The translations under genes and the position numbers were made by a program. From the NCBI GenBank assembly GCA_964575755.1, contig CAZNRH010000002.1, positions 6,107-70,106 of the forward strand: a stretch of DNA of 64,000 bases. The letters are read 5' to 3'. Origin of the DNA: an uncultured Candidatus Saccharibacteria bacterium. Lineage in GTDB: Bacteria; Patescibacteriota; Minisyncoccia; Phycocordibacterales; JABMNX01. The notes under the pieces are model-generated. The model made no database searches, was not told the DNA's origin, and was given only the letters and a program-made list of their open reading frames with translations. This document shows positions 48,803-58,088 of this stretch, piece by piece (the first letter of the stretch is position 1; every line of letters begins with the position of its first letter).

Positions 48803-50062
48803 CTACAATTCTAACATGTTACTTTCACAGATTTTCTTATACACCTGTGCAGAAGACCGTATTGTTCTTTCTTTTGTTTTATAATCAACTTCAACTAAAC
48901 CAAATCTCGGCCAAAACCCCTTATCCCATTCAAAATTATCAAACAGTGACCAATGTAGATATCCACGTACATCAGCTCCATTTGAAATAGCTTCATGTAA
49001 GTACTTGAGTGATTCTAATATGAACCATTCTCGTCTTGAGTCGTCTGCGTCTGCCAGACCATGTTCTGTAACATAGATAGGGAGTTTATACTTCCTTAAC
49101 TCAGACGCCATTTTACCAAGTGATTCTGGATATAACTCCCAGCCTAAATCAGAAACTTTTTCATTTTCATTTTTATGAAATCCGTAATTAATGCGATTGT
49201 GATGATAATGATTAAGAGTTATTACATCCTGAAATCCCTTGATTTGTTTTAAGAACCAATCGTTCCACCACCAATCGGAAACTAACTTTAATAACCTGTT
49301 AACTACCCTGTTTTCGTACGCTTCGAAATATACATTATGTTTCGCTACACATACCTGCGCTTGTGGGGTTTTTTCTTTTATTACTATATATGCAGACTTA
49401 TGTGCTTTGACTAGATTACGTATAACTCGTCTGTATAAAAAGTAACTTTTCTTTTGTGGAGGCCACACGCCTTTTAGATAAGAAAGTGTAGAAAATACTT
49501 CTGGCTCATTTAATGTTATCCAGAATGTTATTTTATCTCCAAGTGTATCTGCTATTTTCTTGGCATATTTTTCAAAATATTTGTAAATATTCTTATTTTC
49601 CCATCCACCCTTTTCCTCAAGCCATACAGGAAGAGGCCAGTGCCATAATGTTACAAAAGGTTCTATACCTCGTTCGCGCAGTGCATGTAATACATCTAGG
49701 TAGTGCCCTATCTCCTTTTCATCAAACTTACCTTCTTCTGGTTCTATACGAGACCATTCAATAGAAAAGCGGTGCGTATTATGGGAAAGTGTCTTTGCTA
49801 TATCAAAATCTTCTTTAAACTTATTATAATGATCCGAGGCGTCGCCAGATATATAATTATCTTTCTCAAACATCTCTGGAAACCTATTCATATCGCGTGA
49901 CTCCCATTTTTTCCATACATCCGTGCCGTCTTTAGCTTCACTCGCTAATCGTTCAGCGTTCTTTTTCTCCCACTCACTCCAACTGTTGTGGTTATTACCC
50001 TCGACTTGATGGGCGGATGTTGATGCCCCCCAGTAAAATCCTTTAGGAAATATTAATTTCAT
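48803..50062 (-). CDS. Glycoside hydrolase family 1 (beta-glucosidase); start moved to ATG 50062
   Basis: FPKGFYWGASTSAHQVEG, RFSIEWSRI, TLNEP, YVTEHG, DNFEW. Confidence 0.95.
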   Translation of the reverse strand: MKLIFPKGFYWGASTSAHQVEGNNHNSWSEWEKKNAERLASEAKDGTDVWKKWESRDMNRFPEMFEKDNYISGDASDHYNKFKEDFDIAKTLSHNTHRFSIEWSRIEPEEGKFDEKEIGHYLDVLHALRERGIEPFVTLWHWPLPVWLEEKGGWENKNIYKYFEKYAKKIADTLGDKITFWITLNEPEVFSTLSYLKGVWPPQKKSYFLYRRVIRNLVKAHKSAYIVIKEKTPQAQVCVAKHNVYFEAYENRVVNRLLKLVSDWWWNDWFLKQIKGFQDVITLNHYHHNRINYGFHKNENEKVSDLGWELYPESLGKMASELRKYKLPIYVTEHGLADADDSRREWFILESLKYLHEAISNGADVRGYLHWSLFDNFEWDKGFWPRFGLVEVDYKTKERTIRSSAQVYKKICESNMLEL

Positions 50063-50077
50063 TAGGTTAGTATACCA

Positions 50078-50131
50078 AAACAAGCCATAAAAAATGCCCC
50101 AGGTACCTGGGGCATTTTTTATGGCTTGTTT
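50078..50131. repeat. Perfect 54-bp REP-like palindrome
   Basis: aaacaagccataaaaaatgccccaggt followed by its reverse complement; related to 36984-37033 and 17403-17434. Confidence 0.8.
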
Positions 50132-50669
50132 AGGCTCTTTTTGAACTCCCAACTATCATCATAATAATTATGATAAGTGCAAAGATTGAAAATGACATCA
50201 GAGGGAATGTGATATATCCAAACTCAAACAGAATTCGTTTAGCACAATCTGCACCAGCTCCAACCGCAGGGCACCCTATTACTTCTGTACCGCCCATTTG
50301 TAGGTAATGTTGATAGAGCGCAATAATAGACCCTATGGCAGATAGTGATATAAGATAATCTGAAACCATCACACCCTGCTTCTTAATGATTGCTATTCCC
50401 GCTAAAAGAAGCTGTGGGTATAAAACTACACGCTGCAACCAACACAATCCACATGGTACAAAGCCAAATATTTCAGAATACAGAAGACTGAAAGACACGC
50501 CACCTAATGTTAATAGAAATACTATATGAATTCCGTATTTTCCTAAAAAACTTAAAATTGGAGAATCTTTTTTAAAGAAAAATAATATAAGGAGAATTAT
50601 GACTGCTACCTGCATAAACAGAGCCCCGAGTGCTAAAAGAAAATTAAGTTGTGATACTATTTCTAACAT
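50130..50669 (-). CDS. Disulfide bond formation protein, DsbB/BdbC family
   Basis: PCGLCWLQR; second Cys pair; FGYITFPLMS. Confidence 0.92.
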   Translation of the reverse strand: MLEIVSQLNFLLALGALFMQVAVIILLILFFFKKDSPILSFLGKYGIHIVFLLTLGGVSFSLLYSEIFGFVPCGLCWLQRVVLYPQLLLAGIAIIKKQGVMVSDYLISLSAIGSIIALYQHYLQMGGTEVIGCPAVGAGADCAKRILFEFGYITFPLMSFSIFALIIIIMMIVGSSKRA

Positions 50670-50683
50670 ATTTTATTATCTAT

Positions 50684-51058
50684 TTATTGTGTAATTTCAC
50701 ATCCTGTCTTCTCTGACAACGTCTCAAAAGAAAGTACTCCAAGCAATCTACTACCGTCTGCAAACTCCCATGTTGGATATGCCGTTATACCAGCGTCTTT
50801 ACAGACTTGTAGTTGGTTTTGTCCATTTGGTGTTGAACACTCTGTGTAATCTATAAACTTCTTAGACTTTCCAAATAAGTCATTCTGTTTCTGACAATTA
50901 GGGCACCAGAAAGCGCCAAAGTATTTCACATTATTATTTGTTAAGCACTGTGCAAATTCGTCATACTGTCCTGGCGTAACTGCATCATTGTAGTAATACC
51001 ACCCAAATAAAAGTACAACTACTACAAGAACCCCTATTATTATATTTTTTGTTTTCAT
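50684..51058 (-). CDS. Membrane-anchored thioredoxin-like protein
   Basis: GAFWCPNC, YTEC, YPTW. Confidence 0.85.
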   Translation of the reverse strand: MKTKNIIIGVLVVVVLLFGWYYYNDAVTPGQYDEFAQCLTNNNVKYFGAFWCPNCQKQNDLFGKSKKFIDYTECSTPNGQNQLQVCKDAGITAYPTWEFADGSRLLGVLSFETLSEKTGCEITQ

Positions 51059-51077
51059 ATATTATTTAACTAATTTT

Positions 51078-51584
51078 TTAAGGAATAATACAAAATGCAG
51101 GATCGGTACAATCTACTCCAGCAAAAGTACCATCTATGTCTACATCAAGTGCTTCTTGTTCTATTTGTTCAAGAACTGCTTTAAGTAAATATCCTGCACA
51201 CAACCCTGACGAGCACACACCTCCATTATAATTTGTCCCTTGATATGAGTATGAATAAACACCCCTATTGAGAGGATCAATGGGCATAACTCTGATATAA
51301 CCTCCATCTGTAAGAACTGTGAACGTGTCTCCTGGAGGATAAAGTCCGTTAGTGTCGGCACCATAAAGCTCTAACGCATTCTTTATTTGTTGGAGGTCTT
51401 CAAAACGTCTACTGTCACGGCTTTTTTCACGTGCATCACTAAGAATAACCATACTAATACTGGTAAGAAATCCAATAATTGCTATCACAACCAAAAGTTC
51501 TATAAGTGTAAATCCCCGTCCACCTCGCAAGCGAGAGCGTTGCGGATTAGTATTTTTTTTATAATCTTTTTTAAAGAAAAACAT
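51078..51584 (-). CDS. Type IV pilin / pseudopilin
   Basis: G|FTLIELLVVIAIIG prepilin motif; AREKSRD..R..D; PIDP. Confidence 0.92.
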   Translation of the reverse strand: MFFFKKDYKKNTNPQRSRLRGGRGFTLIELLVVIAIIGFLTSISMVILSDAREKSRDSRRFEDLQQIKNALELYGADTNGLYPPGDTFTVLTDGGYIRVMPIDPLNRGVYSYSYQGTNYNGGVCSSGLCAGYLLKAVLEQIEQEALDVDIDGTFAGVDCTDPAFCIIP

Positions 51585-51688
51585 ACAAGTTATTGTAGTG
51601 ATTTAAACAATACGGTTCGTACAAATAAAAACTTACTGCACCCTCAAGGAGTACTCAAGATTCCTAGAGTGTTATCACACTAAGGAAT

Positions 51689-51784
51689 CTACTGCATTTC
51701 GTGTGGACGCAGACCTTTTTTAGTCTTGTTTTTCTTAGATTCACTCTTTTTTTCTTTCTTCTGTTTATCTCTTCCTTTTGCCAT
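51689..51784 (-). CDS. 31-aa lysine-rich small basic protein (not in track)
   Basis: MAKGRDKQKKEKKSESKKNKTKKGLRPHEMQ; TATAAT 9 nt upstream; hairpin directly downstream. Confidence 0.6.
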   Translation of the reverse strand: MAKGRDKQKKEKKSESKKNKTKKGLRPHEMQ

Positions 51785-51811
51785 ATACAGATATTATACA
51801 TCATTTAAAAT

Positions 51812-52165
51812 ACAAAAACCGCCAATCTGTTGATTGACGGAATGGATTGGGGGGGGATGCTCATACTTACAGAAGTTGTGATGTTAAATACAAAACAATC
51901 ATCTCAAGTGCAATGGCTCCACCCCCGATCCCTTTTCAAATGGACTGGATGCATAGCTTGGGCTTGAAGACGGGCAAGGTATCAACCTATCGCATCCTCA
52001 AGAAATCCAAGTGGTCTCTGTCCGAGGTGACACACACCTCTTTTTTGTTTTTCGACTTGTACTGTAAGGTTATTTAATTAACCTCTCTCGGCAGACGTCG
52101 TCCTCACCGACGCGCCAAGAGAAGCCTTCTTGGATTTGCATCCTCAAACACTCCCCTTAGTTCCT
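51812..52165 (-). ncRNA. Candidate ~350-nt multi-helix noncoding RNA
   Basis: Promoter upstream, terminator at 51814-51840, at least seven compatible helices, GC above flanks, no long sense ORF. Confidence 0.55.
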
Positions 52166-52170
52166 CCATA

Positions 52171-52199
52171 AAGATATCATAACTAAATATAAATGTCAA
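52171..52199 (-). promoter_or_regulatory. Sigma70-type promoter of the candidate RNA
   Basis: TTGACA-N17-TATCTT with TG extension. Confidence 0.65.
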
Positions 52200-52220
52200 G
52201 TGTTTGTTGTTCTACTACAA

Positions 52221-52565
52221 CTACTCAAACTCAAACAAGATTTCATTAAAATTCTTTATTTTGTTATTTTTCTCTATCTCGATTCCCTCTTTTTTATAAA
52301 GTTTCATTCGTTCTGTTTTATATTTATCATTAACCCAGATCCGTCCATCTGCATACACTATTCGATGAAATGGAACGTTAGGATTATTTTTTGATGCTTT
52401 TGATAGTATTCCTGTAATACTTTGTGAAGACATTGCTCCGCCTCCCGAAGCACGAGCTATCCTACCATACGTCGTCACATGTCCTTTTGGTATAGAAAGC
52501 GCAACACGTAGTACACGATCACTGAAAGTTATTTCTTTATGTTTTGATTTATGTATACTTTGCAT
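52221..52565 (-). CDS. Alkyltransferase-like (ATL) MGMT-family protein; probable start ATG 52565
   Basis: IPKGHVTTYG; PFHRI in place of catalytic PCHR. Confidence 0.85.
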   Translation of the reverse strand: MQSIHKSKHKEITFSDRVLRVALSIPKGHVTTYGRIARASGGGAMSSQSITGILSKASKNNPNVPFHRIVYADGRIWVNDKYKTERMKLYKKEGIEIEKNNKIKNFNEILFEFE

Positions 52566-52596
52566 TTTACATAAGCTTAACGCAGAAATATAAAAC

Positions 52597-52702
52597 AAAA
52601 AACACCGCTTGCGCAGTGCTTCTTGTTTGCCCTAAACATCTATCGATCCTGTTGCATATCGAGTGGTTTCTCTCTTGCGAAATCAACCGTCAATGTTCAA
52701 GT
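52597..52702 (-). ncRNA. Candidate ~105-nt sRNA (three-way junction plus terminator)
   Basis: TTGCAA-N16-TATAAT upstream; TTGAACAT/ATGTTTAG encloses two hairpins; GCACTGC-GCAA-GCGGTGT followed by a T-run. Confidence 0.45.
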
Positions 52703-52788
52703 AGTAAAATTATACTAATAACAGAAATATTTGCAAACCACCGTTTGTGTAAATCCTGTGTATATGTTGTGTATAACTCTATTTATTA

Positions 52789-52974
52789 TTATTGATACTT
52801 CGCAGCGTCATCCTTAGACATAAACTTGAACATGTTTCCTCCGCAAGTTGTACACTGTCCTTTAGCAGAAAAACGATTATTTTTTTCTGATATAACAATA
52901 TCTTTCATTACTTGCATTGTTGGCTTCTTGTTTTCATCTCGACACCTCATGCAAAGTCCTTTTAATTCATCCAT
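52789..52974 (-). CDS. Small zinc-ribbon protein (DUF5679-like)
   Basis: CMRC...KGQCTTCGGNMFKF. Confidence 0.75.
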   Translation of the reverse strand: MDELKGLCMRCRDENKKPTMQVMKDIVISEKNNRFSAKGQCTTCGGNMFKFMSKDDAAKYQ

Positions 52975-53130
52975 ATAATATATGTTAACTTAATATTTAA
53001 TAAACACTGTATTAAACAGAGTATACTAAATAGACAGCTAATGCACGCATTTTACACTGCTTTATGTATTTAAGCCTTTATATAAGCCATATATATACTT
53101 TTAATTTCAACAAAATTGCCTAAATAAATA

Positions 53131-54321
53131 TTATGTAATATTTTTATTTACTTTTATGTTTTTTATTGAGTATTCTTTGTTTAAATAAATCTTATTCATT
53201 ATTTTATTTACAGACCATCCAACAAATGCAAGGATTGCAAAATAATAGACGCCATTTAATGTAAATGACGGTAGCTCGGTTTTTGAAAAAAGCCCAAGTA
53301 ATGTAGCACCAACCCCCATAGAGGTTACTACTGTTAGGTTTTTAATAGAGTTGCTCGTTGCCTTTGCTTGCAAATCTCCAAAAACATTTAAGGCGGAATC
53401 AACATAAGACCGAGTCATACCCCAAATCTCTTTCACATACGACAACGTGTCACTTAATGTATCGTATTTAAACTGCAACACATCAGCAAACTTCTCCATT
53501 TGAGGATTATTCTTAATTATGCTACCTCTTGTATTAATATATGCCCCCATTTGGTTGATACGAGTACCAATCATACTGATTGATTTATTATATCCCTCTA
53601 TCTTCTCTTTAAAACCTCTTATTTCTTTTCCTCTTATAGAACCTCGTTCCTTCACTTCTGCAATATTTTCCCAAATAACACGATGAAGATTCAAATATCT
53701 ATGCATTTGCCCTTTAAACTCTCTAATAAAGATTTGTTCACCTATAAACCGCTCTATTGACTCGAGTGACTCCCCGAGTAAATTGACTATATATAAAGTA
53801 TCTCCCCTATACACTTCAAAAGTATCTTTCTTAATCTCAAAGTGTTTCTTTTGGTTAAAATCATCCAAAAGTGTATTTATATTACCTTCATGTGCATTAT
53901 CAAGCACGATAAAATATGGATATACTGTTTTTATATTTGCGAGCTCTTTAGGAATAGGAGCGCCAAGACTAAATATATACGAAATACCTTCAGAAAGTTC
54001 GTTCTCATAATATGAAGAAAGGAGTTCCATACCATTTTTTATATCCTCAATCTTATTGGTATCGTGACTCAGCACAATAAGACCATCTTCGTATATCTTA
54101 AAAGAGATATTATTTTTTGCTATCACGTGCAGATATTCAAACTCCTCATGAACATCCTTTACACTAATAATATTAAGATTATCTCTTAAGGTTTTTAATT
54201 TGTTTTTATCAAGGTCAAGTGGTGACTCAGCAGTGGTCAAGAAATCATATATCTCAGATAAATGAAGTGTCGTGCGTTGAAACCAGCTTCCAATAAAAAT
54301 TTTCTTTACTTTCATATCCAT
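53131..54321 (-). CDS. Hypothetical protein with CorA-like architecture (large soluble domain, two C-terminal TMs)
   Basis: WFQRTTLHLSE, FSLGAP, YLNLHR..WE; two C-terminal TMs; no GMN motif. Confidence 0.65.
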   Translation of the reverse strand: MDMKVKKIFIGSWFQRTTLHLSEIYDFLTTAESPLDLDKNKLKTLRDNLNIISVKDVHEEFEYLHVIAKNNISFKIYEDGLIVLSHDTNKIEDIKNGMELLSSYYENELSEGISYIFSLGAPIPKELANIKTVYPYFIVLDNAHEGNINTLLDDFNQKKHFEIKKDTFEVYRGDTLYIVNLLGESLESIERFIGEQIFIREFKGQMHRYLNLHRVIWENIAEVKERGSIRGKEIRGFKEKIEGYNKSISMIGTRINQMGAYINTRGSIIKNNPQMEKFADVLQFKYDTLSDTLSYVKEIWGMTRSYVDSALNVFGDLQAKATSNSIKNLTVVTSMGVGATLLGLFSKTELPSFTLNGVYYFAILAFVGWSVNKIMNKIYLNKEYSIKNIKVNKNIT

Positions 54322-54408
54322 TATAATAATGTTAATTGTCTAACTACACAAATAAATTACAGTAGTAAGTATGCTCACGAAGTATAATTTTCAATCGTGT
54401 CACTCATA

Positions 54409-54945
54409 TTACTCACACACCAAAGGTTCCTTTATCTTTTTCAAGATTATGTAAGAAGAATAAATAAGTAAACCTACACCAAGAAAGCCAAACTCTTCAC
54501 CTCCAAAAGGTAAATAGACAAGTAAGCCACTTGCTCCAAATAAGGCTAATATTGAAGTGAATACAAATGTACCACATGTAGCACAGCCAATACCAAACAC
54601 TCCACTAACCAAGCCCCCTACACTCAAAGTAGTACCAGATGCTAAACTTTTTGTTTGTCTACTACGTATATAATAAACCAAAAGTGAGATATTTATACCA
54701 AACAGTACAGCTATAATAATCGTATAGCTTGCAGAAATAGCCGTAAAATTTGTTTGTATAGACCCAACAAAACTAAACATGAAACCTATTTTGTCTGTAA
54801 TAGGTACACTGGAATTAAATACTATGTCAATTACCAAACTGACGTTTGATAGCCACACCGCCAATACAAATATCACTACTGCAATAATAACTGCAGTAGC
54901 TATATATTTTATCTGAGAGAAAACCTTTTTAAAAGTATTTAACAC
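54409..54945 (-). CDS. Membrane protein with GCxxCG motif
   Basis: GIGCATCG between TM helices; adjacent to DsbA. Confidence 0.75.
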   Translation of the reverse strand: MLNTFKKVFSQIKYIATAVIIAVVIFVLAVWLSNVSLVIDIVFNSSVPITDKIGFMFSFVGSIQTNFTAISASYTIIIAVLFGINISLLVYYIRSRQTKSLASGTTLSVGGLVSGVFGIGCATCGTFVFTSILALFGASGLLVYLPFGGEEFGFLGVGLLIYSSYIILKKIKEPLVCE

Positions 54946-54947
54946 AA

Positions 54948-55688
54948 TTATTTTTTCTCTTTTAGAGCTATTTCAATAAGTTGTTTTACTGTTGAGTACG
55001 GCTGAGCACCAGAAAGTGGAAATGTTGTCTTGCTTTTTTCCGCGATAACTATACTCCACGGAGTACCTCTGGCTCCAGTCTCAATTGCATTATCTATATT
55101 GTCTTGTATGTGCTTATCATACTTCCCGCTATTCATACATGCACTAAATTTCTGCTCATCTATAGCAAGCTCTCTGACTATTTGAGGAATAACCACTTCA
55201 ATATTGATTTGATTGTTAGATGGTGTTAACTCAAACAATCTATCAGCGAATTTCCAAAACACATCATTACCACCTATCTCATTAGCGCACTCTGTCGCAA
55301 CTGCCTCAACGCGCGCTTTCACTGGATGTAATTGATCAATTGGAAAATGTCTATATACCCAAGCCACTTGTCCATCTGGACCATACTCATCCATGATTTG
55401 GTTCATTGTAACGTGGAATGACTTACAGAAAGGACACTCAAAATCAGAATATTCAACAATTTTTACGGGAGCATTTGGATTTCCTAATATATGATCTTCG
55501 TTTGTTACAGGGCGGACACTGTCAGTAGGGCTTACCTCTTTCGACACACTGTTTCCATTACTATACACCACTGCAAATGCTATAAGGGCTCCAGCTATTA
55601 CAATCGCAACTGGAACGAAAATATTATTCTTTGTCTCTTGCTCTTGATACTCTTCTTTGTTTTCTATATTTACAGTCTGATCTTCCAT
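54948..55688 (-). CDS. DsbA/BdbD-family thiol-disulfide oxidoreductase
   Basis: EYSDFECPFC, YRHFP, GTP, GAQP. Confidence 0.93.
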   Translation of the reverse strand: MEDQTVNIENKEEYQEQETKNNIFVPVAIVIAGALIAFAVVYSNGNSVSKEVSPTDSVRPVTNEDHILGNPNAPVKIVEYSDFECPFCKSFHVTMNQIMDEYGPDGQVAWVYRHFPIDQLHPVKARVEAVATECANEIGGNDVFWKFADRLFELTPSNNQINIEVVIPQIVRELAIDEQKFSACMNSGKYDKHIQDNIDNAIETGARGTPWSIVIAEKSKTTFPLSGAQPYSTVKQLIEIALKEKK

Positions 55689-55731
55689 GGTACTCAATTT
55701 TACTTATTTTTATTATATATAATAGCCCCTA

Positions 55732-57777
55732 TTATACCACCTCTAAATTAACTCGCTTTAAAGATAATGCATTAATAACAACGATAACCGTTGAAAGGCT
55801 CATTAGTAAAGCGCCTATCTCTGGACGTAAGAAAAATCCAAATACCGCAAACACTCCTGCTGCTGCTGGGATGGCGACAATGTTGTAGCCAAGCGCCCAC
55901 ACAAGATTTTGAATCATCTTTGTATATACTGCTTTTGAGAGTACAAGTAATTTAACAATATCCCTAGGGTCGCTCTTCATAAGCACTACGTCGCCAGCCT
56001 CCACAGCAACATCCGTACCAGCCCCTATTGCGATACCTACATTTGCTTGAGTTAATGCTGGCGCATCATTTACACCGTCGCCTACCATAAGAACTACACT
56101 ACCGTCTTCTTGTAATTTTTTTATATGATTGTACTTATCTTCAGGTAGAACATTTGCAAAATATGTGTCTATGTTGAGTTTTTTTGCTACCCCTCCCGCA
56201 ACATCATTGTTATCACCAGTAAGCATCGCGACCTTAACCCCAAGCTTGTGTAGTTTACTGACAGCGCTATATGATTCATCTTTTATTTCATCAGAAAGAG
56301 CAATCACCCCAACTACCTTCTTGTCACTTGTAATAAATACTGACGTCTTGCCCTCTGCAGAAAAATCTGCATACACCTTCTCTGCTTCAGTATCTGATAT
56401 CTTAGCGTCTGTTATAAGTGCATGATTTCCAACTCCATGCTCAACACCATCAACCACGCCACTAACCCCCTTACCTGCTATGTTTTTAAACTGCTTAGGA
56501 TTACTCAAAACAATCCCTTTTTCTTTTACATAATTTACAATAGACTTCCCAATAATATGAGAAGAGTGCTGTTCTAGAGATGCAACTATCTTTAATACTT
56601 GATCATCTGTGTGCTCGTTAAATGACACAATATCAGTCACCCCAAACTCTCCTTTTGTTAAGGTGCCTGTTTTATCAAATACAACATAATTAGTTTTTTT
56701 AATAACTTCAATTTTTGACAAATCTTTAATAAACACACCATTTTTTACCGCCAGTGAAGTTGTGATGGTGGTGACTGTCGGTATAGCCAGACCAAGGGCA
56801 TGAGGGCACGCCACAACAAGCACGGTGATACCAAGGGTAATAGAAAACACAAACGGTTCCCCCATAAACACAGACCACACAAGAATTGTTAAGAGAGCGG
56901 TGATACCAGCAATAAAAGTAAGCATAGCAGCGGCTTTATCTGCAATACGCTGTGAGCGTGGTTTTGTACTTTGTGCGTCAGAAATAAGTTTCTGAATTTG
57001 ACCAATAGTAGAGTCTTCACCAACTCGAGATAACACTATGACAAGTGAACCATCTAAACATATAGAACCAGCCACAACTTCGTCTTTTTCTTTTTTCTCA
57101 ATAGGTTTTGATTCCCCACTTATAAGTGACTCGTCTATGTTCGCAGAACCTTCTTTAATAATTCCATCTGCAGGAATCTTCTCTCCTGGTTTTACCAGTA
57201 CGATATCCCCATCCTTCAGAAGTTCAACACCCACCTCCTCTTCCACCCCATTTACAATCTTATGGGCTTTCTTAGGTAAAAGCTTAGCAACTTCTTGGAG
57301 GGCATTACCAGCAGCAGTACTAGAGCGTGCCTCAAGATAATGCCCAAAAAGAAGTACCCATATAAGTGTAGATATTTCAATATAAAACTCTGCGTCTAGT
57401 GCTGGTATAAACGTAGAAACTACAGAAAAAAGGTACCCTGAACCAACAGCCAGAGAGACCAGGGTCATCATTCCATATTTCCGAGCCTTTATCTCGTGCG
57501 ATGCGTGCTCGAAAAACACTAGAGCAAAACCAAATATAATTGTTGCTATGCCGAGCTGAATCCACTTACCAAGAGGGAGTGTACCTATTCCTATAAACCC
57601 CACTACGGATTCATTTGTAAATATAAGTGGAATTAAAAGAAATGTAACAATCCAAAATCTACGAAGAAAATCCCTAGATGAACCGTGATCCATCCCAGGG
57701 CTACTAGAATGCTCGACGCCACACGCGTCGTGTTGCTTATCACCACAATGTTCCATACTCACATTCTTTTGTGTCAC
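55732..57777 (-). CDS. P1B heavy-metal (copper) ATPase, CopB-like
   Basis: CPHALGL, DKTGTLT, SSH, GDGVNDAPAL, YN and MSLS; His/Cys-rich N-terminus. Confidence 0.95.
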   Translation of the reverse strand: MTQKNVSMEHCGDKQHDACGVEHSSSPGMDHGSSRDFLRRFWIVTFLLIPLIFTNESVVGFIGIGTLPLGKWIQLGIATIIFGFALVFFEHASHEIKARKYGMMTLVSLAVGSGYLFSVVSTFIPALDAEFYIEISTLIWVLLFGHYLEARSSTAAGNALQEVAKLLPKKAHKIVNGVEEEVGVELLKDGDIVLVKPGEKIPADGIIKEGSANIDESLISGESKPIEKKEKDEVVAGSICLDGSLVIVLSRVGEDSTIGQIQKLISDAQSTKPRSQRIADKAAAMLTFIAGITALLTILVWSVFMGEPFVFSITLGITVLVVACPHALGLAIPTVTTITTSLAVKNGVFIKDLSKIEVIKKTNYVVFDKTGTLTKGEFGVTDIVSFNEHTDDQVLKIVASLEQHSSHIIGKSIVNYVKEKGIVLSNPKQFKNIAGKGVSGVVDGVEHGVGNHALITDAKISDTEAEKVYADFSAEGKTSVFITSDKKVVGVIALSDEIKDESYSAVSKLHKLGVKVAMLTGDNNDVAGGVAKKLNIDTYFANVLPEDKYNHIKKLQEDGSVVLMVGDGVNDAPALTQANVGIAIGAGTDVAVEAGDVVLMKSDPRDIVKLLVLSKAVYTKMIQNLVWALGYNIVAIPAAAGVFAVFGFFLRPEIGALLMSLSTVIVVINALSLKRVNLEVV

Positions 57778-57795
57778 TTTGTTTCTATTATTTAA

Positions 57796-58062
57796 TTAAT
57801 TTTTATCTTTTTCCAACTCTTCAAATTTTTCTGTAAATTGTTCTTTTGTTGCACCTCCAAAAACAAAAAATTTATCGTTGACCAAAATACCAGGACTTGA
57901 AAGGATCCCATACTTTTTAACCATTTCCTGTCCCTCAGGGGTCACCATATCAACTTCTTCGATTGTTATATCAGGATAATCTGATTTCATTTCTTCAAGT
58001 GTTGCTTTTACCGCTTTACAATGTGCACATCCATCTGGACGAATAAGTGTTACTTTTAACAT
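57796..58062 (-). CDS. Thioredoxin/glutaredoxin-like protein
   Basis: CAHC; YGILSSPG. Confidence 0.85.
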   Translation of the reverse strand: MLKVTLIRPDGCAHCKAVKATLEEMKSDYPDITIEEVDMVTPEGQEMVKKYGILSSPGILVNDKFFVFGGATKEQFTEKFEELEKDKN

Positions 58063-58088
58063 AATTTTTATAATTTATTAATTTACTA

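Noticed and set aside
51847-52077. Plus-strand 76-aa ORF, or a tRNA/tmRNA-like GGGGATG...CTCCACC
   Set aside because: TTG start with no signals; promoter and terminator point to the minus strand; no T-loop or cloverleaf.
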